Positions 49,698-58,963 of a stretch of DNA of 64,000 bases are shown piece after piece; position 1 is the first letter of the stretch, and every line of letters starts with the position of its first letter. This DNA is from Nitratiruptor sp. (GTDB taxonomy: Bacteria; Campylobacterota; Campylobacteria; Campylobacterales; Nitratiruptoraceae). The position numbers and the translations under genes were made by a program. The notes beneath the pieces were generated by a model that had not been told where the DNA came from, ran no database searches, and saw nothing but the letters and a program-made list of their open reading frames with translations. Where the stretch lies: contig WGBC01000084.1 of assembly GCA_015494535.1 (NCBI GenBank), positions 32,801 to 96,800 of the forward strand. The letters run 5' to 3'.

Positions 49698-51727
49698 CAA
49701 AACCCTCTTTTAATGCTAAATAGGATCTCTCTGCCCCTGGTATAGGGATAGTCGTTTATGTATGTATTTGGTGGGGCTGGATATTTGGCATGCGAATCTG
49801 TGAGATTGCGCAATGTCAGCATCAATTCAATATCCCTTCTTGGCTTGTAGGTAAAAGCAATATCAAAAATATTGTAATCTTTGAGTTTCTCTCTGCTATC
49901 GAAGTAGAATCTACCTTTACTGCCTATATAGCGATAACTTAAAGAGGTGGAGAAATCGTAACTCCACTGCTTGAGAAGATAGAGTTTCAAAAGATTGCGT
50001 GCGATATTTGGCAAAGGTTTGTCACATGCACACTTGCCATAAACATACGAGTAGTTTGCATAGAATTCCAACGTATGTGTCAGCATCTTTTTGAATTCCA
50101 ATTCCACTCCATACAAGGAGTTCTTGGAGTGATTGAGAAATATTCTATCTTCGTTGATATTGTTGATGATGTTTCTATTTTTTAGATAAAAAAGCGAAAC
50201 TTGAAAAAATTGATCGAGCATAAAGCGGTTAGTATAGCTTAGTTCATATGCACTCACCCGCTCTGGCTTGAGATTCGGGTTGCCGACTCTCGTGGTGTTA
50301 TTGATGGTGAAAAGCTCCTGCCATGAAGGGTTTCTGTGGGATCTGCCATACATCAGCTTCACCACGTTTTTATCATCTATCTTATACACGGCACTCGCTC
50401 TAGGATTGAAACAAGAATAGCGCGAAAACGACTCATAGTTGATACCGTAATAGAGGCTCAACGAATCGTTTATCATATAGGTATCGCTAGCATACAGAAT
50501 GGTTCCTAGCCTGCTAGCATCCGGATTGATAAATGGATAGGTAGTAGAATAGTCAACAATTTCATCACTCATGCCGCTTCTATCTGTCGTGATGGTTTTG
50601 ACGCTGTAGGTCTTTTCTTGGTAGCGATACGCTCCTATGTCGATGGCATGGTTATTGTATTCATAAGTTGCGCCGATGTTTGCATAGAGTGTTCGCTGTT
50701 TGGATTGATAGTATCCAAAAATGCCGTTGTCAAATTGGATGAGTTGTGATGGAGAGAAAGGGTTTGGATAAACGAAGCCTTCAGGTGCCACATGTGAAAG
50801 ACTGGTAAAAGAGTCTTTTCTCATCCCACTTTTGAAGTAAAACTGCAAGGATGGGGTAAGTTCTCTTCTATACTGCAGCTCTAGCAGCGTGCTTGGTAGC
50901 CGAATGTAATCATCCTTGTTCGGTAAAATGTAGCTCATACCAAAAGCGTGGCCCCGTTTGAAATAGTTTTGGCGAAATTTGAACTGAAAATCTTTCCACT
51001 TTGCGTATATGGCAAAGGAGTAGTTTCTCATCCACAATGGCACTTCGGCGCTTTTAGTAAGATGCTGGTTTGGCGCACCATACACGCCTGTGGCTAAAAT
51101 ATCGGGACCCGCAAAGATATTTTTGTCATCCTTTTGCAAATAGAGCTCCGTATAGAGTTTCAAGGATCCAAAAGTTCTGTTGCTGTAAAATCCTGCCCCA
51201 CTATAGCGATATGAACCATATTTCATAAATGCTCTTGCAGACTCTACATCACCAAAATCTTCACTATAAGTTGTTACATAAATTGAGCCAGCAAAAGAGT
51301 TGAAACCTTCAATTTTACTACCAGGACCTCTAATAACTTCTATACGCTTAATCAACTCAATTGGCATTGCCAAATAGTGGCTGTATTGGTCTACCATCAC
51401 ATCATTGACCAATATTCCATCGATAAATAGTTTTGTCTGCCCATAGGCTAAAGGATTGGAACCTCGAAAGATAGCCGTTTTCATGTCGAGGTTATCGCTG
51501 TAGATATCTACACCGGGTACTAGCTGCAATGCCTCTTGCAGCGTACTTACGCCCAACTTTTCGAGTTCTTTTCCTTTATAAACCGACTCTATGTAGGGTT
51601 GAAAGAGAGAGTTTTCCTTAGCGATTGTGGCAATGTGGGAGAATTTTTGTATATCTTGGACAATTTCTGGCTCCTGTGCTGCCAAGCCGAGAACCAAAAT
51701 GAGCAAGCCTCCTACCCTTCTCACCAT
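49697..51727 (-). CDS. TonB-dependent outer membrane receptor
   Basis: Plug motifs LQEALQLVPGV and IKRIEVIRGPGS; GNPNLKPE; terminal Phe; ATG 51727 follows AGAGG. Confidence 0.9.
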   Translation of the reverse strand: MVRRVGGLLILVLGLAAQEPEIVQDIQKFSHIATIAKENSLFQPYIESVYKGKELEKLGVSTLQEALQLVPGVDIYSDNLDMKTAIFRGSNPLAYGQTKLFIDGILVNDVMVDQYSHYLAMPIELIKRIEVIRGPGSKIEGFNSFAGSIYVTTYSEDFGDVESARAFMKYGSYRYSGAGFYSNRTFGSLKLYTELYLQKDDKNIFAGPDILATGVYGAPNQHLTKSAEVPLWMRNYSFAIYAKWKDFQFKFRQNYFKRGHAFGMSYILPNKDDYIRLPSTLLELQYRRELTPSLQFYFKSGMRKDSFTSLSHVAPEGFVYPNPFSPSQLIQFDNGIFGYYQSKQRTLYANIGATYEYNNHAIDIGAYRYQEKTYSVKTITTDRSGMSDEIVDYSTTYPFINPDASRLGTILYASDTYMINDSLSLYYGINYESFSRYSCFNPRASAVYKIDDKNVVKLMYGRSHRNPSWQELFTINNTTRVGNPNLKPERVSAYELSYTNRFMLDQFFQVSLFYLKNRNIINNINEDRIFLNHSKNSLYGVELEFKKMLTHTLEFYANYSYVYGKCACDKPLPNIARNLLKLYLLKQWSYDFSTSLSYRYIGSKGRFYFDSREKLKDYNIFDIAFTYKPRRDIELMLTLRNLTDSHAKYPAPPNTYINDYPYTRGREILFSIKRGF

Positions 51728-52326
51728 ACACCTCTTTGCTTGTAGCGTTCCAAAAGCATTGGATTGTCCCTCTCCAATCTCTTCACACTCAAAAGGCATG
51801 GATACCTCGGCGATCCGTACCCCTCTTGCAATGGCCCAATAATCTCGAAATTAATTTTGAACATCCTTAACAGCCTCACAAGTCTCTTTTCCATCGCACT
51901 ATAAGCATATTCTACACCTACATCTTTCATCTTGAAATAGACTTTCTCTTTTATGAAATTGGTCATTATGTATTTAGTATCGTGCATGTTGCGATATTTT
52001 TTAGCAATGAAGACCCTAGAGACCTCTCCCAAAGCGTGAGCTTTGTAGAGTTCAAGCAAGTTTTTTACATCATCGTAGATCCGTAGATGCTCTGTGGTAG
52101 GATAGCCTATGGTAGAGTGATGAATGAGCCTCGTCGTCGCTACTATCTCGCAATCCTCGTTCAATGCCACAAAGTGGGTGGAGTATTTGTCATACTTGTC
52201 CGTCTCTTTTTTGTCTTTATATAGTGATTTATCGAAAAACTCTAACTCCTCGCACACTATGTCATATCTAAACCTATAGATCTTCTCCAGCATATTCTCA
52301 TCTATCACCTCGAAAAAGTAAAGCAT
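51721..52326 (-). CDS. N-acyl amino acid synthase-like acyltransferase (PEP-CTERM/exosortase-associated, FeeM/LuxI fold)
   Basis: YRFRYDIVCEELEF, ETDKYD, ATTRLI, EVSR and AMEKRLVRLL motifs. Confidence 0.8.
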   Translation of the reverse strand: MLYFFEVIDENMLEKIYRFRYDIVCEELEFFDKSLYKDKKETDKYDKYSTHFVALNEDCEIVATTRLIHHSTIGYPTTEHLRIYDDVKNLLELYKAHALGEVSRVFIAKKYRNMHDTKYIMTNFIKEKVYFKMKDVGVEYAYSAMEKRLVRLLRMFKINFEIIGPLQEGYGSPRYPCLLSVKRLERDNPMLLERYKQRGVW

Positions 52327-52333
52327 CGACCTC

Positions 52334-53260
52334 CTATTTGTTTAGAATATTGAGGGCGTCTTTGTAGATGGGCTCATCGATGAAGCCATACTTCTCATCC
52401 ACAAAACCGGTAATGCCCTTTTTTGCCATCTCCTCGAAACGCGTTTTGATATAGAGCGCTTTTGCTTTGTCGAAACTCTTCAAAATCCTATTGACTATCT
52501 TTACCTGATCTGGAGATATACAGCCTTTAGCCTCAAAACCCATTTCCTTCTCGTACCTACACCAAGCTTCGAATTCTTCGAGGTTTTTATAGTCCTGGTA
52601 GACGAAAGAAACAGGAAAAATATCTGCACTTTTAGCATCTACCAAAAATTTGGCCAGTATATAATCGATCGTTGGGTTGCCAATTTTTAGGATCGATTGC
52701 GGGATTTTGAGATCGCTGAGCAAATCCAAAATACCCAAAAAGGCCGCACCTACTCTCTCTTCTTGCTTGAATATATGCAGCCTCTCAAATGCCTCTTTGG
52801 TCTCTACCGAGAAATCAAGCCCAATCGCCTCATCAATAAGCCACAATCCCTCTTTGATCTCTGCCAGGGTGCGCACTTTCGGGATGCGGATACTATCGGG
52901 ATAGAATCTGTTGAGCAATTCTATCTCCTCTTTGCCTCCTTCTAGCAATGGATTGATACGCACAATAAGAAGTGGCAAATTGTCTCTTCTTTGCTGCAAA
53001 AAGAGTGCCGCAGCCAAGAGAGCAATCCTTTTGAACTCTGGAGCCACTCCATCTTCGAGATTGATAATGGCCGCATCGCACCCTAGTTCGTCTAATTTGT
53101 TAAGATGTTTCGCTCTGTGCGCGGATACCATGAGAGCCGAAGAAAAGACTCTTCTTCTCGTTTCTTGTCTTTTGGGTGAAAGATGGCGCCAGAAAAAACT
53201 CTCATCTTTAGCATCGATTGCCTTTTGGATCTCTTCTACGAAAGCTTTGTCAAATATCAC
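52334..53260 (-). CDS. Stand-alone CitE/HpcH family acyl-CoA lyase
   Basis: INLEDGV, VRIN, IPKV, VET, GILDL and KGCISPDQ motifs. Confidence 0.8.
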   Translation of the reverse strand: MIFDKAFVEEIQKAIDAKDESFFWRHLSPKRQETRRRVFSSALMVSAHRAKHLNKLDELGCDAAIINLEDGVAPEFKRIALLAAALFLQQRRDNLPLLIVRINPLLEGGKEEIELLNRFYPDSIRIPKVRTLAEIKEGLWLIDEAIGLDFSVETKEAFERLHIFKQEERVGAAFLGILDLLSDLKIPQSILKIGNPTIDYILAKFLVDAKSADIFPVSFVYQDYKNLEEFEAWCRYEKEMGFEAKGCISPDQVKIVNRILKSFDKAKALYIKTRFEEMAKKGITGFVDEKYGFIDEPIYKDALNILNK

Positions 53261-53592
53261 TTTGCATCCTCTTTCTTGAGATAATAGTAGAGTGTTTTTA
53301 TCTCTTTATCAGTCAGAAAGTACTGGGGCATCAATTTGTGCCGAGGGGCTTCAATGGCCTCTTTGAATCGCTTGAAGGGTAGGTTTTTGATATTTGGGGC
53401 TTTGATTATAACTGTTGTATTGCCATCTTTGTATCTGCCAAGCTCCAAGCCCTTACCATCTTCTCCATGGCATTTATGACACCCAATGCCTCTAGGGTTA
53501 TGATAGAGCATCTTTGCATACTCGTCTTTGGTGATAAACTCATCAGAGGCGAAGAGTCGTAGCACAAAAAAAGAGAAAAATATATACTTCAC
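53257..53592 (-). CDS. Small monoheme c-type cytochrome
   Basis: Signal peptide, CHKCH heme motif, distal MP. Confidence 0.85.
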   Translation of the reverse strand: MKYIFFSFFVLRLFASDEFITKDEYAKMLYHNPRGIGCHKCHGEDGKGLELGRYKDGNTTVIIKAPNIKNLPFKRFKEAIEAPRHKLMPQYFLTDKEIKTLYYYLKKEDAK

Positions 53593-53622
53593 ATTCAGCC
53601 TTAAAGCAAATCAAAAAATGTT

Positions 53623-53639
53623 TTTGATATCATATCAAA
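53623..53639. promoter_or_regulatory. Palindrome TTTGATAT-C-ATATCAAA in the divergent cyt c / folD promoter
   Basis: Perfect 8-bp inverted repeat; reads TGnTATCAT on + and TGnTATGAT on -. Confidence 0.5.
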
Positions 53640-53671
53640 TATTTTTTAGAACTTCCCTAAAAGAGGCGATT

Positions 53672-54523
53672 ATGCAAATACTTGACGGCAAAAAACTCTC
53701 ACAAAAAATCACCGAACGAATTGCTAAAGAAAGTGCCGAATTAAAATCCAAACATGGTATCACGCCTGGACTAGCGGTAATCCTCGTAGGCGACGATCCG
53801 GCAAGCCATACCTACGTGAAGATGAAAGCAAAAGCCTGCAAAAAGGTGGGGTTTTACTCAATAGTCCACGAAATGCCCGAATCAATTACGCAAGAAAAGA
53901 TCGAAGAGACGATAATCCTCATGAATAAAAACCCCAACATCGACGGTATCTTGGTGCAGTTGCCTCTACCTCAGCATATCGATACCACTAAAATTTTAGA
54001 GCTTATCGATCCGGCAAAAGATGTGGATGGATTCCACCCATACAACTTCGGACGCCTCATGCAAGGGCTCGACACATTCGCCCCCTGTACTCCTTTGGGT
54101 GTGATGGAGCTACTTAAAGAGTATAATATCGATCCCAAAGGCATGGATGCTTGCGTAGTGGGGGCTAGCAACATCGTTGGCAAACCGATGGCAGCACTTT
54201 TGCTCAATACCTTCGCCACGGTGGATATTTGCCATATTTACACTAAAGATCTACAATCACACACAAAAAGAGCCGATCTGTTGGTAGTAGGCGTGGGCAA
54301 ACCGAACCTCATCACCGCAGATATGGTAAAAGATGGCGCGATTGTTGTCGATATTGGCATCAATCGCCTCGAAGATGGCAGCCTTGTTGGTGATGTGGAT
54401 TTCGAGAATGTCAGCAAAAAAGCCTCCTACATCACGCCGGTGCCAGGAGGCGTAGGGCCGATGACCATAGCCATGCTATTGCAAAACACCCTCAAAGCGG
54501 CCAAAAAAAGGATACAAGCTTGA
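53672..54523 (+). CDS. folD: Methylenetetrahydrofolate dehydrogenase/cyclohydrolase
   Basis: GILVQLPLP, KDVDG, PCTP and TPVPGGVGPMT motifs; ATG at 53672. Confidence 0.97.
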   Translation: MQILDGKKLSQKITERIAKESAELKSKHGITPGLAVILVGDDPASHTYVKMKAKACKKVGFYSIVHEMPESITQEKIEETIILMNKNPNIDGILVQLPLPQHIDTTKILELIDPAKDVDGFHPYNFGRLMQGLDTFAPCTPLGVMELLKEYNIDPKGMDACVVGASNIVGKPMAALLLNTFATVDICHIYTKDLQSHTKRADLLVVGVGKPNLITADMVKDGAIVVDIGINRLEDGSLVGDVDFENVSKKASYITPVPGGVGPMTIAMLLQNTLKAAKKRIQA

Positions 54524-55302
54524 AAGATAGACTCATAAAATTCTACCACTGGTCCAATACGTGGACCGGGACGATCGTCATTGTTTTACTCGTCATCTTC
54601 TTCATCGCGCAAGCTTTCGTGATTCCAAGTGGCAGTATGAAAAACACGTTGCTCATTGGGGATCACCTCTTTGTCAAAAAGTTCGCCTATGGCGTACCAA
54701 CACCCCATATCCCCTGGCTAGAAATCCCAGTTTTGCCAGATTTAGATGGCGATGGGCACCTTATCAAGGGCGAAGGTCCAAAAAGAGGCGATATTGTCAT
54801 CTTTCGCTATCCCGTCAATCCCAAAATCCACTATGTCAAGCGCTGTGTAGCGGTGGGAGGTGATTATCTTTTCGTACACAACAAAGATCTCTACATCCAT
54901 CCGCATGAAGGCAACGAATATATCAAAAAGCACTATCCAAAAGACCAAATTATCGATATCGAAGGAATTTTGTGGGTGAAAAATCCTTATATGAAGGATC
55001 ATCCAGGCATTCATCACGATCCCAAAATAGTGAATGACGGCAGATATCCACAAGAGATTTTCAACTTCCCTCCAATCGAAGTGCCAAAAGGGCACTATTT
55101 CATGATGGGAGACAATCGCGATCATAGCAACGATAGCCGCTTTTGGGGGACAGTGCCATATAAGCTTATTGTAGGAAAACCTTGGTTTATTTACTGGAGT
55201 TGGAACAAAGATTACGTGCCTAGATGGGATCGTGTAGGCAAAACGGTAGATGAGATAGAAGAGCAGATGCGAAAAGCAAAGGACATGGTTGCAAACGATT
55301 GA
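54520..55302 (+). CDS. lepB: Signal peptidase I
   Basis: IPSGSM, YVKR and MGDNRDHSNDSR motifs. Confidence 0.96.
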   Translation: MKDRLIKFYHWSNTWTGTIVIVLLVIFFIAQAFVIPSGSMKNTLLIGDHLFVKKFAYGVPTPHIPWLEIPVLPDLDGDGHLIKGEGPKRGDIVIFRYPVNPKIHYVKRCVAVGGDYLFVHNKDLYIHPHEGNEYIKKHYPKDQIIDIEGILWVKNPYMKDHPGIHHDPKIVNDGRYPQEIFNFPPIEVPKGHYFMMGDNRDHSNDSRFWGTVPYKLIVGKPWFIYWSWNKDYVPRWDRVGKTVDEIEEQMRKAKDMVAND

Positions 55303-55984
55303 GATACTCAACATCATAGCGATCATTTTATCGCTAACCATCGCTGTAGTAGGGCATGAGATCATGCATGGGCTTGCAGCCTATCATTATGGCGACGCCA
55401 CCGCCAAGCTAGCGGGAAGGCTCAGCATCAATCCCATCAAACATATCGATCCAGTAGGCACTATTTTGGTACCTGCCATTTTGTATGTAACAAACGCGGG
55501 TTTTCTCTTTGGTTGGGCCAAGCCAGTGCCTGTCAATATGCGTATTGTCTTGCACAACGCCAAAGAGTGGGGAGCTATTGTGGTTAGCCTGGCTGGGATC
55601 GCTTATAATTTCACTCTCGCCATCCTCGCCACATTGTTGCTTGGCTTCATAGATTTTTCCAATTCTTTACCATCCATTTTTTTGCTCCTCTTTCTTGCTC
55701 AAACGGTGCTCATCAACGTGGTGCTAGGAGTTTTCAACCTCTGGCCGATACCGCCACTCGATGGTGCCAACGCGCTCATGTATTTAGCAAGCTGGTTGCG
55801 GCTCAAAAATGTCGTGAAGTTTTATGAATATCTCTTTCCATACGGGATGATCATCTTAATAGTGATTTTGATGACACCGCTGGCGCAAATCTTCTTTTTG
55901 CCAGTCTATTACATACTTGTTTTTCTCTCCCATATTGCTGGGATCGATCTCTTACACCTCATAAGCCAAATAGAAAGGATCTAA
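55289..55984 (+). CDS. Site-2 protease (peptidase M50)
   Basis: HEIMH, FGWAKPVP and FNLWPIPPLDG motifs. Confidence 0.92.
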   Translation: MQTIEILNIIAIILSLTIAVVGHEIMHGLAAYHYGDATAKLAGRLSINPIKHIDPVGTILVPAILYVTNAGFLFGWAKPVPVNMRIVLHNAKEWGAIVVSLAGIAYNFTLAILATLLLGFIDFSNSLPSIFLLLFLAQTVLINVVLGVFNLWPIPPLDGANALMYLASWLRLKNVVKFYEYLFPYGMIILIVILMTPLAQIFFLPVYYILVFLSHIAGIDLLHLISQIERI

Positions 55985-56422
55985 ATGAGAGTCTATATCG
56001 GAAGCGATCATGCAGGATTTGCAGTCAAAGGGTTTGTCAAGGAGCTTTTGGAAAAGAGAGGCTACGAAGTAGAAGATCTCGGTACGCATAGCAGTGAGCG
56101 CGTAGATTACCCAGATTACGCCAAAAAGGTAGCTGAGGCTGTGGCAAAAGATAGCGAAAGCTTCGGGGTTTTGATTTGCGGCACGGGTATTGGCATGAGT
56201 ATCGCCGCCAACAAAGTCAAAGGCATTAGAGCCGCAGAGGTGCATGACTATTACACCGCCCAGATGGCACGCGCCCATAACAATGCCAACGTGCTCTGCT
56301 TTGGAGAGCGCGTCGTTGGCAAAGGGGTGATTGAGTCCATTATTGAGGCATGGTGCACCACGCCTTTTGAGGGTGGACGCCATGCCGAGAGAGTAGCCAA
56401 AATCATGGCGTTGGAAGAGTGA
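55985..56422 (+). CDS. rpiB: Ribose-5-phosphate isomerase B
   Basis: GSDHAG, DYP, CGTGIGMS, HNNANV and FEGGRH motifs. Confidence 0.96.
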   Translation: MRVYIGSDHAGFAVKGFVKELLEKRGYEVEDLGTHSSERVDYPDYAKKVAEAVAKDSESFGVLICGTGIGMSIAANKVKGIRAAEVHDYYTAQMARAHNNANVLCFGERVVGKGVIESIIEAWCTTPFEGGRHAERVAKIMALEE

Positions 56423-56423
56423 T

Positions 56424-56522
56424 ATGGGTATAGAGACAGTCGGGTATGTTTTTTTTGCGCTTTTGATGGTAATTTTGGTAGGCATGAAGATAATACTATT
56501 TGGAGGAAAAGATGATCGATAA
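56424..56522 (+). CDS. Small single-TM protein (32 aa), below the ORF-track cutoff
   Basis: [32 protein letters not shown]; fills the rpiB-apt gap and overlaps the apt start. Confidence 0.55.
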   Translation: MGIETVGYVFFALLMVILVGMKIILFGGKDDR

Positions 56523-57045
56523 AGAGTATCTTCTACGATCCATTCGCGATATACCGGACTTCCCAAAGCCTGGCATCGTTTTCAAAGATATTACCACTTT
56601 GCTCAACGACAAAAAAGCCTTCACCATGCTTATGGAACACTTAGAAGATCGCTACAAAAGCTACGATCTCGATTTCGTAGCGGGAATTGAGAGCAGAGGC
56701 TTTATTTTTGGCGCAGCTTTAGCTACAAGACTTGGCATCGGTTTCGTGCCAGTGAGGAAAAAGGGTAAACTTCCCTACACCACCATAAGCGAAAAATATG
56801 CTTTAGAATATGGGTATGATGAAGTTGAGATACACATCGATGCATTTCGGGGCAAAAACAAAAGAGTGCTGCTCATCGACGATCTCATCGCCACTGGCGG
56901 CACGGCAGAAGCTGCAGCGAAACTCATCCAAAAAACAGAGCAAAACTTGGTGGAAGCATGTTTTATTATCGAGCTAAGCTTCCTGGATGGCAGGAAAAAG
57001 CTAGAAAACATCACAAAAGTTTATAGCGTATTGGAGATAGCCTAA
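56512..57045 (+). CDS. apt: Adenine phosphoribosyltransferase
   Basis: DFPKPGI, ESRGF, RKKGKLP and DDLIATGGT motifs; ATG 56512 follows GGAGG. Confidence 0.96.
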   Translation: MIDKEYLLRSIRDIPDFPKPGIVFKDITTLLNDKKAFTMLMEHLEDRYKSYDLDFVAGIESRGFIFGAALATRLGIGFVPVRKKGKLPYTTISEKYALEYGYDEVEIHIDAFRGKNKRVLLIDDLIATGGTAEAAAKLIQKTEQNLVEACFIIELSFLDGRKKLENITKVYSVLEIA

Positions 57046-58244
57046 TGTATATACCAAAGCCAAGCAAACACGATCCAGACGAGTTTGGGCATTTTGACAT
57101 CCATGGGGGGCGCTATGTGCCAGAGACCCTCATGCCAATCTTACTGGAACTAGAAAATGAATACAAAAAGATCCGCTTTGACGAGGAGTTTTGGAAAGAG
57201 GCTCGCTACTACCTTGAAAACTATGTAGGACGCCCCTCACCTCTCTACTATGCCAAAAACCTCTCTGACGAGCTCAAAGCCACAATCTACCTCAAAAGAG
57301 AGGATCTCAACCACACAGGTGCACACAAGATAAACAATACAATTCTCCAAGGACTTCTTGCAAAACGCCTTGGTAAAAAGAAGGTGATCGCAGAGACTGG
57401 AGCTGGCCAGCATGGCGTAGCAACAGCCACAATGGCGGCACTCTTCGGTTTGGAGTGTGAGATTTTCATGGGGGAAAAGGATGTCAAGCGCCAAGAGCTC
57501 AACGTCTTTAGAATGAAGCTTTTGGGAGCGAAGGTGCATCCAGTCAAAAACGGCTCTCGCACCCTCAAAGACGCAATGAACGAAGCGATTCGCCACTGGG
57601 TCACACACGCAAGAGACACCTTCTATGTCATTGGCACAGTAGCTGGCCCACACCCCTACCCTATGATGGTCAGAGATTTTCAAGGCATTATTGGCTATGA
57701 AGCAAAAGCCCAAATCCTTGCAACCGAAAACCGTATGCCAGATTACGTAATAGCCTGTATAGGTGGTGGCAGCAACGCCATGGGAATATTCAACGCCTTT
57801 TTGGACGAAGAAGAGACCCAATGCATCGGTATTGAGGCTGGCGGGTTGGGGCTAGATACCAATAAGCATGGCGCTAGCCTAGCTAAAGGAAGCCCTGGAG
57901 TTTTACACGGGCAGATGAGCTATGTATTGCAAGATGAAGAGGGGCAGATTTTGGAGGCTCACTCAATTAGCGCTGGGCTTGACTATCCAGGTATTGGCCC
58001 AGAACACTCCTACCTCAAAGACAAAAACATCGTCAAATACGATACCATCACCGATAGTGAAGCGCTTGATGCTTTTGTGTGGCTTAGCCAGAGTGAGGGT
58101 ATCATTCCTGCGTTTGAATCAAGCCACGCAGTAGCATATCTTAAAAAGATGCAAGATATTGAAAATAGTCTTATTATTGTAAATTTAAGTGGTCGTGGAG
58201 ATAAAGATATGGTGCAAGCAAAATCGCTTTTGCATTTTGATTAG
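57045..58244 (+). CDS. trpB: Tryptophan synthase beta subunit
   Basis: [31 protein letters not shown] and SGRGDKD motifs. Confidence 0.97.
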   Translation: MYIPKPSKHDPDEFGHFDIHGGRYVPETLMPILLELENEYKKIRFDEEFWKEARYYLENYVGRPSPLYYAKNLSDELKATIYLKREDLNHTGAHKINNTILQGLLAKRLGKKKVIAETGAGQHGVATATMAALFGLECEIFMGEKDVKRQELNVFRMKLLGAKVHPVKNGSRTLKDAMNEAIRHWVTHARDTFYVIGTVAGPHPYPMMVRDFQGIIGYEAKAQILATENRMPDYVIACIGGGSNAMGIFNAFLDEEETQCIGIEAGGLGLDTNKHGASLAKGSPGVLHGQMSYVLQDEEGQILEAHSISAGLDYPGIGPEHSYLKDKNIVKYDTITDSEALDAFVWLSQSEGIIPAFESSHAVAYLKKMQDIENSLIIVNLSGRGDKDMVQAKSLLHFD

Positions 58245-58252
58245 GAAGAGCA

Positions 58253-58963
58253 ATGAAAAAATTTTTTGATAAAAACAAAGATTGGCTCATACAGGCTCTG
58301 CTAGCTGGAGTCTTTGTATTTGTAGCCTATCTAGGCTATCAGCTCTACCAGACTCCCGGTGCAAATCTAGAAGAGAAGCTGGTCAAACTCCTCAAAGAGT
58401 ATGGCTATATCATCCTCTTTGTATGGAGCATCATGGAGGGTGAGACGGGGTTAGTGATGGCAGGAGTGATGTGCCATACAGGAGATATGAACCTGCCAAC
58501 AGCTATACTAGTAGCAGGGCTTGGTGGATTTGTAGGGGATCAGATCTACTTCTATATAGGTCGTTTCAATAAGCATTACATCCATGAACTTATGAAGAAG
58601 CAAAGAAGAAAGTTTGCCCTAGCCCATTTGCTACTCAAAAAGTATGGCTGGCCTGTGATTTTCGTACAACGCTATCTGTATGGACTGCGCACCATTATTC
58701 CTATGGCAATAGGCCTTACACGCTATAGTGCTAAAAAATTTGCTTTGATTAATTTTATAAGCGCTATGATCTGGGCAGCTGCAACAATCATTCCAGCCTA
58801 TATTTTTGGTGAAGAGATCTTACAAATTGTGCACTGGGCAAAAGAACACTGGTACTTTGCCTTGCCTTTAGCACTGCTCATTGCTGGAAGCATCTCATAC
58901 TATTTTCATAAAGTAACAGAAAAAAAATCAAGGAGAGTTCATGGAGTTTCAGGTAGTAGATAA
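58253..58963 (+). CDS. DedA family membrane protein
   Basis: EGET, GDQIYFYIGR and RYLYGLR motifs. Confidence 0.9.
   Translation: MKKFFDKNKDWLIQALLAGVFVFVAYLGYQLYQTPGANLEEKLVKLLKEYGYIILFVWSIMEGETGLVMAGVMCHTGDMNLPTAILVAGLGGFVGDQIYFYIGRFNKHYIHELMKKQRRKFALAHLLLKKYGWPVIFVQRYLYGLRTIIPMAIGLTRYSAKKFALINFISAMIWAAATIIPAYIFGEEILQIVHWAKEHWYFALPLALLIAGSISYYFHKVTEKKSRRVHGVSGSR

Noticed and set aside
51721-52326. Calling the acyltransferase luxI (AHL synthase)
   Set aside because: It lacks the conserved Phe and Trp of the LuxI N-terminal motif and has no luxR nearby; it fits the N-acyl amino acid synthase branch better.
54742-56566. Minus-strand ORFs of 207 aa and 204 aa
   Set aside because: Antisense to lepB and rpiB; not protein-like.
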